DNA from: Octopus vulgaris
Taxonomy: Eukaryota
Direction: 5' to 3'
Assembly: GCA_951406725.2 (NCBI GenBank)
Contig: OX597840.1
Coordinates: 21,452,001 to 21,516,000, forward strand
DNA length: 64,000 bases
Shown here one piece after another: positions 54,801-64,000 of this stretch. The notes under the pieces are model-generated. The model ran no database searches, had not been told where the DNA came from, and saw nothing but the letters and a program-made list of their open reading frames with translations. The translations under genes were made by a program, and so were the position numbers. Positions within the stretch are counted from its first letter, which is position 1; every line of letters begins with the position of its first letter.

Positions 54801-54929
54801 CATGTCCTCTTCATTCTCAGTGAAAACTCCTCCTCCTCCTCTTCCTCCTCCACCACCTTCTCCTCGATGGTAGTGGTGGTGGCTTTATCTTGTATCCAAG
54901 AATTTAGATTTTTCTTTGTCAAACGCTTC

Positions 54930-55292
54930 CTTTATGGTGACGCTGTTGATCACTCTGTAGACCAATTCTTGCAGAGAAGAATTGATGGCATTGACTGGTA
55001 TGGCGATGTTGGCGGAGGACAAGGTTGATTCTGCCGGGCCTTTCTTTCTTGTCGTTTGATTTCTTCTTTTCCTTTTCTGGTGACTTTGAAGATTTTGGTT
55101 CCGATGGTGATGGAACCCCACCGTTTGGTACGGTCTCGGGGGGTTTGTGTTACAAATGGTTTATGCTCAGGTCCAGTGGCTTTGAGTTGGCCCTTGTACC
55201 TTGGAAGAGGGAAACCCTGTGCTCTTATCCCTGAAGTGAGCTCCCTGAATAAGACTGGCTGTGGGAACCTTCACTCTTTCATTCTTGCTACA
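54930..55292 (-). mobile_element. Degenerate RTE LINE 3' fragment
   Basis: VARMKE...VLFRELTSG...RYKGQLK...RDRTK...QCHQFFSARIGLQS, read across frames. Confidence 0.75.
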
Positions 55293-55297
55293 TAATA

Positions 55298-55355
<58 letters not shown>

Positions 55356-56544
55356 TGTGTGTGTGTGTGAGTGTGTGAATGTGTGTGTGTCCCTTTGAAA
55401 TGAGGCTGGAGGGACCAGCTGATATATATATATATATATAATATATATTCACACACATACACACACACACACAACACACACATATGAGCGGGTGCTGAAA
55501 CATTCCTGGCTTAAGGGTATCACAAAAGGTCTGGTTGGAAGCCCAACCTTCCAAGTTCTTTTACGGGCCTTAGAAAAGCAGAAGGACTGCTGCGATAAAG
55601 TTCAAATATGTGTTAAAACAAGAAAAAAATAAAAAGAAGTACTGGAGGTGGGGTCGATACATTTGACTAAAATTCTTCAAGGTGGTGCTGTAGCATGGCC
55701 ACAGTCTAATGACTGAAACAAGGAAAAGATAAAAGATAAAAATATATATTATTTTATGTATGTATGTGTATGCTTTGGAACCAAGAGTTCAAATACTGAA
55801 ACAACATTCTGCTCTGAAGAAGACATCTTTATTGTTTTAAGCAGAACGATCTATCATGAAGGATAAATTGCCAGTCATCACCTCCTCTCCCCAACCAACA
55901 AAACTTATTTTGCCTGAAACATTAAACTTAAAACTTTAAACTTTTGCTTCTTTTTCAATTCATAAAATTATTTTCCACTTTAAACTCAATTTGTGTGACA
56001 ATTAATTAACAAAGATCATCATTAATTCTCTCATATTCTACTGTTTTACTAATTAACCAATCACTGTAACGTAATTAAATGGTTGAACAACAGCTTGACT
56101 AAAACTAGGTGAAGGGTCAGCGTTTTATAGGACGTCTATTTTCAGAGCGTTTACCAACACAATGAGCAAGCGATCAAAGTCTTCAAATAATTACCAATAC
56201 AATAAAACACAGATCAAAAACTAATCAGATAAGATTTTCTATCCCAGCTGAATTGATTTTATTATTTCTTTCATTTGATTTTGGGAGTATTTTGCTGGGG
56301 GGCGGGGGGTGGGGGGTCTTTGTTATCTCTGTGACAAAAGTGTGTCAGATTTGGTATTGTTTCTTTGTGATTTTCTGTGCCATTACGGTCAAAGACAACA
56401 GCAACAACAACAACCACAATCTCAAGATGTATCACGACTACAATATATATTTAATACACTGTTTTTTTTACAAGATGTTTGGTCAAAGCAAACTCTAAAA
56501 TTCCAATCCAAAAGAGAAAACACACACACACACACACATTTACA

Positions 56545-56955
56545 TAACTATATACATACATGATAGATCGTTAGCTCCTACACGCTTTTTTTTCTCTCCT
56601 TGTTTTTTTCTGTGTATCTTTCTGTCGAAGAGCGTAGGCTCGAAACGTAAAAGACTTTTTCTATTTCTATTCCTGAGCACTTTACTAATACAATTGTTTG
56701 TTTGTACTTCACCTGCCTTCGTCTTTTGTTTATTTTCGTAAACTTTCCCATTACATATATATGTGACCACGTGTGTAACGTTGGTGATTTTTTTCCTCCG
56801 TCTTCCCTTCCTTGGATCTTTCCTTTTCCTATTTTTCTGACAAAGAGCTCTGCTCGAAACGTTAAACCCTCCTTCTTTCCTTTTCTGAGAGTCCAATAAT
56901 ACTATATTTGTTCCACGTCCTCACGTTGTTGTGTTTTCATGTTTGGATTAACTAT
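56545..56955 (+). mobile_element. Two adjacent short PLE-like elements, each with a hammerhead motif (56617-56653 and 56833-56867)
   Basis: TCTTT-CTGTCGA-A-GAGC-GTAG-GCTC-GAA-ACGT-A-AAAGA and TTT-CTGACAA-A-GAGC-TCT-GCTC-GAA-ACGT-T-AAA; joined at a TATATA tract. Confidence 0.75.
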
Positions 56956-57240
56956 ATATACATACATACACACACATACATATATTTACATAAATACATA
57001 CACACATACAAGCATATATACATACATAATATTTACAACCGAAAGAATAAGTACTGGGCTTACAAAGAATATAAGTCCTGGGGTTGATTTGCTCGACTAA
57101 ATGCGGTGCTCCAGCATGGCCACAATGAAATGACTGAAACAAGTAAAATAATAAAAGAAAAGAATAATACACACACACACATACACACATACATGTTTGT
57201 ATACATGCATATACAAACATATATTTCTCTCTCTCTTTTC

Positions 57241-57275
<35 letters not shown>

Positions 57276-57379
57276 CGTCAAACAATGAGAATGAGTGCTC
57301 AACGCTGCGTTGGTGGATAAAATTTCTTTATTTGTCTATTAAAGCTACCATGGGTTTCATGTTAAGAAAAATATCTTAA

Positions 57380-57600
57380 CCCTTTCGTTACCAACCTGGC
57401 TGAAACCGGCTCTGGCTCTGTAGTACAAATGTCTTGTTTCCATAAGTTCTGAATTAAAATCTTCCTCCAAACCTTAGTCCCAATTTATGTTCCTAACATT
57501 AGCTTAATGATAACGAAGTTATTTTATTAAATTCTTTGTTATATTTAAAATAATTGAAAGAGACACAGAGCATCCCAAAATAAATACGGTAATGAAAGGG
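57380..57600. mobile_element. piggyBac-type MITE
   Basis: TTAA TSD on both sides; 13-bp TIR CCCTTTC(G/A)TTACC. Confidence 0.88.
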
Positions 57601-57832
57601 TTAATATCCTAACAATTTTTCAAGCCAATCACACAGAAGAATGGTGTTCATCTACATTTTCGATGAAAACACCATAAGTTTTTATAAAATATATTTATAA
57701 GAGACTGGTTTGGAAAGTAGGATAATCAGATAAGGCATGGGATGAGGTGGTGAAGCCTGATCTTCATACTTTGAACCTCACAGAGGCAATGATTAACGAT
57801 CAAGGCCTTTGGTGATAGGCTGTGCTTGAGAA

Positions 57833-58250
57833 GTCTTCAAAGCCACAGTCGAACCAATTCTACTATATGGCTCAGAAACCTGGACGTTATCAAAGAAGCT
57901 TGAGAGGCGGTTGGATGGAACCTACACTCGCCTCCTTATGAGAGCTCAAAATCTCTCGTGGAGGTGCCATCCAACCAAAATGCAAATATATGGGAAACTA
58001 CCACCTGTATCATCTCTTGTGAAAGGTAGAAGAGTCCAGTTTGCTGGACATTGTTGTAATTTCTACTCTTCTCCTCTGGAAGCCATCTGCTCACAATGCC
58101 AGAGGGCGTACACTCTCCTACCCTGATGTAATCTCCAGGGATACAGGCATCCAGCAACAGGACCTCCGTAATGCTATGATGGATCGTGAAGTCTGGCGTA
58201 GCATAGTAAATTCCCTTGTCTTGACCACGGTTGAACAATGATGATGATGA
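57833..58250 (+). mobile_element. 5'-truncated RTE LINE (second family) with an (ATG)n tail, nested in another LINE
   Basis: FKATVEPILLYGSETW...RRVQFAGHC; 12-bp TSD TGTGCTTGAGAA at 57821-57832 and 58251-58262. Confidence 0.88.
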
Positions 58251-59769
58251 TGTGCTTGAGAAATCATAGTCGTGGCCGATGCTGGTAACCTACACATAAA
58301 AAGCACCCTTTGAGCATTAGGCTTCACGGAAGCAAGGTGGCCGATGCCGGTAGCACATGGTAAGCTCTTTTAGAGTGTTGGTCCTCACAGAGGCAATGAC
58401 AAATGACCGAGACTTTTGGCTTTATGTCGTGCTTGAGAAGAAAAGCCATCAAGCCGAGTAAAGTCGCAGTTGTAGCAGATACCAGTGTCGTGCAAATGGT
58501 ATGTAAAAGCACCCACTACACCTTTGGAGTGGTTGGCATTAGGAAGGGCATCCTGCCATAGAAACCATGCCAAAACAGACTGGAGTCTGGTGCAGTCTTC
58601 CAGCCTTGCCAGCTCTGGTCAAACTGTCCAACCCATGCCAGCATGGACAATGGCTGTTGAATGATGATGAAGATGATGTATGTTCATATGTATGTATGAT
58701 GGATACATACATGCTCACACACATACATATACACACATACACACACAATACATACAAACATACACACATACATACACATACATATATACACATACATACA
58801 TACACATACAGACATACATACACACATATACATACATGCATACACACACACATACATACACAATACATACAAACATACATACACACATGCATCCACATAC
58901 ATACATATATGCACACATACATACACACACATGCATACACATACATAAATACACACATACATATATACACACACATAGATACATGTATACACACACATAC
59001 ATACACACACATACATACCCATACATATATATACGCACATACATATATATACACACACATACATACATGCATACACACACATACATACATATATGCATAC
59101 AGATACTCACATGCACAGACACACGTATGCACACACACACAAACACATGGAACCGCACTCACACACAGTGACACAGAATACAAACGCTTTGCATTTCATG
59201 TCCATTAGTGTCTTCCATAGTTTCAGTAGCAAAACACGATTGACCACGGCAGAACCTAACCCCAACCTTTCCTGAAATAACAAACTGAAATTTAAAATTT
59301 GTTGAACATGTCTGAACATAAATGAAATTGTTTATCTGATGCTTACTTACACTTCCATGGAGGTGTTGTTTTGTTGACACAGCTGATATAAATTAATTAG
59401 GAATAATTAAAAAACTAGATATTACTTTTCTCTAGTTCGCTTTGCTAAATGTTTCTCGCAGAATTCACAATTAGAGAAAACATTATTAAGAGATTACGTT
59501 CACAAGTTAGGAGTTGACTGCTATTTTTACTCCTCAATGCTGACCTGTTTGTGATTACCTGTGCTTAGGTGTTTGTATTTAGTTTAAAATCTTAAACATC
59601 CGATACAGCAGCCCCTACTATAATGAGGCCCTAGTTGCTAGCGGGTTCAGGGACTGCATCTCCTACATGCTGGGCCCTAACACCCGCTAACACCCGCAGA
59701 AGGAAGTGCTGCTGAAATATCATTTCGTTTCTCAGCCACCTTCTCTCTCAATGTAAAAACACGTGTAGG

Positions 59770-60430
59770 TAGGCTATTCCTTAGGTTAGTAGATAAGCAT
59801 TTTACACAGTCACATAGCTACGGATGCAACAGACACAACCTAAGGATCTGTTTTAGCTGCACCATCAGCATTAAGAGTATTTTAGTTATCTCCCCTAGTG
59901 GAAGTGGGATGCTTGTGCAGGGATTAAAGGGAGGCCAATGCGAAACCAAAGAGGTTGTTTACAAGGCTGAGGTGATATCTAACCCTAACGACAGCAGTAG
60001 CTTCCCCAACTACAGTAGCAGGAATGGCAATATTAATGGCAACAGAAGCAACTCTAACAGAAATAGCAACAACAATATCACTGATGATAATGCTAATAAT
60101 GATAACAGTAACAGCAACACCAACAGCAACAATACCAGCATCAGCAGCAGTGGAAGCAGCAGCATCAACATCAACAGAAACAATATATGAAGATACATTG
60201 GATGTTCTAGAAACACCTTCAAGTAGCACCTCTCAAACCACAGATGCTCATTCAGGATGACAGAGAGATGATATGCCGCATCCTTGGCCAGTTATGTGTG
60301 GTGCTTGAAGGATGAAGGAACTCCATATGTTATCTCATGGAAGATCCTAGAAGTATCAGGCCCCTATATCAACAAGAGCAAGTGTTGCAAGCTGTAGATA
60401 GCTGAATGAGCGAGAACTCCCCTTGACCTG
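59770..60430 (+). pseudogene. Penelope-like element ORF C-terminus with a GIY-YIG endonuclease, decayed
   Basis: FLRLVDKHF...GQCETKEVVYKA...RYIGCSRNTFK*HLSNHRCSFR...LASYVWCLK...ISWKILE...PY...CCKL; several stops. Confidence 0.8.
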
Positions 60431-60651
60431 GGGAACATCTTAAATTCCAGAACGGAAGCCTTCTAACCCTGCTTACACTTCAGCAGTTTCCTACTGAAGT
60501 CCTGGAACCCACAAGCCAGCCATGTTGACTACAGATAGAGTCTAAGGGGACAATCCCTTGCGCTTAACCCTTCATCGAAGTGGTCAACAAGTGACTACAA
60601 GGCCTTTTTTCTCTCCACTTTGTAGAGAGGTTATAGACCAACTGGCTCTTA

Positions 60652-60710
60652 GGGTCTGAAGAAACAGTATAAAGCTAAGTGCTTTATGCAGGTGAAACCC
60701 AGGGTGACCC
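60652..60710 (+). ncRNA. Hammerhead motif in the PLE 3' region, probably inactive (G at position 17)
   Basis: GGGU-CUGAAGA-AACAGUAUAAAGC-UAAGU-GCUUUAUGCAGGU-GAA-ACCC-A-GGGU-G-ACCC. Confidence 0.75.
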
Positions 60711-60943
60711 CCATAGACCAGCCATAACCATCTTTATCTAATCACTCTATAACTTAGAGTGTGCTTCTCTTTTGGATTTAGGGTTTACTGACAATATACA
60801 CACACACATTTACATGTGTGTGTGTGTGTTTATGTATATTATGTATATGTAGAGTTGGCAAAGGGGACAGCAGCCTCCCATGGAATATAGTCTCATCAAA
60901 TCTCTCCCAACCCATGACAACATCAAAATAAAGACAAAAGATC

Positions 60944-61043
60944 AATGATGATGATAATGATGATGATGACAATGATGATGATGATGACAATGATGATGAT
61001 GATGATGATGATGACAATGATGATGATGATGATGATGATGACA

Positions 61044-61075
<32 letters not shown>
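60944..61075. repeat. (GAT)n trinucleotide array; a further (CAT)n array at about 61510-61810
   Basis: Seen directly. Confidence 0.95.
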
Positions 61076-61647
61076 ACATAATTTACCGAGTTGAAACTTT
61101 AAAAAAAAACCCATTAGAGGAAGAGAAACAAACGAAGAAGATAAAAACATTTGCATAATATATTTATTTATTTATTTACTGCTCTTTATTGTTATTATTC
61201 ATTTCTTTATTTATTTGCTCAGAGGTTGAAATTGTTTGCTATCTTCTGAAATAATAATAATAATAATAATAATAATACTATTATTATTATTATTATTATT
61301 GCTGTTAATCATGGGACAAGATAATTTGTAATGAAGTTTGCTGATTTCAGGCCCATCTGTGTGTTTACTCCCAGAAGTATCTGGCTGTGTTTACGGGTGA
61401 CAGGGTGACAGACACATTGTGACAAGACAATACGTTACAAAGTCTGCAGTTTCAAGCGTAGATACACATGTGTATGAGTGTGTGTGTGTGTGTGTGTAGT
61501 GTTCGACGTCATCATTATCATCGCCATAGTCATTATTGTCATCGTTTCATCATTCACATCACCATCGTTCTTATCATCTTTGTCATCATCACTGGCGTCA
61601 TCGTAATCATCATCATCACCATCATCATCATTATCATCATCATCATT

Positions 61648-61685
<38 letters not shown>

Positions 61686-63348
61686 TATCATCATCATCAT
61701 TACCTTCATCAGTATTCACATCATCATCACCATCATCATCATCATTATCATCCCTATTGTCATCCTTTGTCATTGCCATCATTATCGCTGTCGTCATTGT
61801 CGTCATCACCAAAGTTATCGTTTCAGCATCCTCTTTCCCATACTTGCATGTGTTGGATGGAGTTTACTGAGGCACACTTACCAACGGCGTGATGCTCTTC
61901 CTGTTGCTAACCCTCACCTGCTTCCAAGCGAGGTGATATTTCCCCTTTCCCCATGGCCAGACACGTTCTCTACGGAAGACTCGAAACAAACAACATTGTT
62001 TGTTTGATAGAAATGCAAGAACAACGACCGTGAGTGGACCTTGGGAAAGCCATGGGGAAGTTGAGGGAAAACCCGGATGGAATGGAGGTGGTGTGAATGA
62101 TACTGGCAATGATGGACTCTCCCATTGCAGGGGACGGACGAGCGTTCAGCTTTTTGCGAAACCCCCAGCATAAAAGCTTTGTTTAAAGTGGTTAAATGTT
62201 CTTGCCAGACATTAGCTTACTCTCTTCCTGAAATTGATGTTGCCTGAACAGGGCCACAGTGTGCCATGCGTCAGGTGGCGGAGTGATTGCCGGGCAACAT
62301 GAGATGAAGTGTTTTGCTCAAGGACACAACACACCGCCCGATTTAGGAATTGAAATCACGATTGCTAGGTCATAAGTACAACACCCTAACCACTGAGCCA
62401 TGCACCCTTAATACTGGAAACAGGCAGAGGAAATGGTAGTGAAGCAGTAAAGAATAACACCAATGGTAACACTAATGCAGGGGGGTGGGGATAGAAATGA
62501 CTAATTATAATCCTTCTTACTAAAGAAACTTTGGGGAAGGAGTCGGTCCCTTCTATAGAAATAGTCAGTCCCCAGTTTTAATAATTAGGTGACCTAATTA
62601 GCAACGACGGGTTCGGTGCTACAGAAGTGTAAGGGACAGTTTAAGAATGGCATGGGAAACGTTTAGGGAGCAATCACCTCCTCTTGTGATGCTGGGATTC
62701 TCTCTCTGAGTGGACTGTAGATTGTATAACGGTTGTCTTTGAAGTGTGATGTTGTACCTTTTTCATTGTGAGTTCAAATCCTTCCTCGGCCCCTGAATGG
62801 CCCATGATGTTAGTTGAGCACATTGACCCCAGTGCATAACTGGTACTTATTTCATCAACCCCAAAAGGGCGAAAGTCAAAGTCAATCCTGGTATTCACCA
62901 GACCTAGCACCAATATTAAAATTTTTTTTTGTATTGTTTTAGATGTTTAATTTTTAATTTTTAATCTTTTTATTCTAATTTTTAATCCTTAATTTTTCCA
63001 ATGTTTTAACTTTTTAAATTCTTTTAATTTAATTTAAAATTATATTTGGCCTTGAATTTTATTTGCTTTTTCAAAATCTTTATTTCTACTTTGAGCCTCC
63101 CATTTTCCCCTCCATCCCTATTTACCATCCTCTCTTACAAAAGCTTTCTCCACTTTCTCATCCTAATACAGTTTACTGCTGTTTTTTCATTCCATTCACT
63201 CCAAATGTGCAATCTGCTATGAATGACCCAATATTAAAGACTTAAGATGACCATGTGAAGGGTCTGTGGCCCGATATCAAATTTCAACACAATCTTTTCA
63301 TGGTATTTGACCTGAAGACAATGCAAATGTTTTTAAGTGTGATGACCC

Positions 63349-63395
<47 letters not shown>

Positions 63396-63501
63396 CTAAA
63401 CTGGCAAAATGACCATTTTGAATGGGATATTGTGGGTTTTTTTTCCTTTTAGGTAAACTGTCAATTTTAGCCCCAACTCCCTGTATAGTACATGTATGTA
63501 T

Positions 63502-63915
63502 GCGCAAGGAGTGGCTGTGTGGTAAGTAGCTTGCTAACCAACCACATGGTTCTGGGTTCAGTCCCACTGCGTGGCATCTTGGGCAAGTGTCTTCTGCTAT
63601 AGCCTCGGGCCGACCAATGCCTTGTGAGTGGATTTGGTAGACGGAAACTGAAAGAAGCCTGTCATATATATATATATATATATGTGCGTATGTGTGTATG
63701 TGTCTGTGTTTGTCCCTCTAGCATTGCTTGACAACCGATGCTGGTGTATTTACGTCCCCGTCACTTAGTGGTTCGGCAAAAGAGACCGATAGAATAAGTA
63801 CTGGGCTTACAAAGAATAAGTCTTGTGGGGGTCGATTTGCTCGACTAAAAGGTGGTGCTCCAGCATGGCCGCAGTCAAATGACTGAAACAAGTAAAAGAG
63901 TAAAAGAGTAAGAGT
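63502..63915 (+). mobile_element. Full-length composite SINE
   Basis: Near-identical to 36585-37005. Confidence 0.88.
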
Positions 63916-63916
63916 A

Positions 63917-63956
<40 letters not shown>

Positions 63957-64000
63957 CCCTGAAACAATACTAATTACAAAGTACAAACTACTTTTAAATA

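Noticed and set aside
54885-55121. Last exon of a host gene
   Set aside because: Other frames give RTE LINE C-terminal motifs
63245-63330. Possible further hammerhead remnants
   Set aside because: No GAA or helix I/III pairing could be assembled

Overview
AT-rich, microsatellite-saturated eukaryotic DNA. The SINE/LINE repertoire suggests an octopus (cephalopod) genome, which is an inference. There is one clear gene: mitochondrial 3-oxoacyl-ACP synthase (OXSM/FabF-like, 43188-44492, +), with a probable small upstream exon carrying the transit peptide. There is also a probable 5' end of an unidentified minus-strand gene (exons near 10908-11369 and 29358-29462). Almost all other ORFs in the track are microsatellite or repeat artefacts. 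The rest is TE debris: RTE and R4/Dong LINE 3' ends, tRNA-derived SINEs, hAT/piggyBac/other MITEs, mariner and hAT transposase relics, a non-autonomous Helitron and a decayed Penelope-like element (PLE) with a GIY-YIG domain. The most notable hidden signal is a set of about a dozen minimal type-I hammerhead-ribozyme motifs (some complete, most degenerate or partial) in about nine unrelated sequence contexts. They are carried mostly by short elements embedded in (TA)n/(CA)n tracts, often with long inverted repeats, and one lies directly downstream of the PLE endonuclease relic. All pairings and coordinates were worked out by eye.
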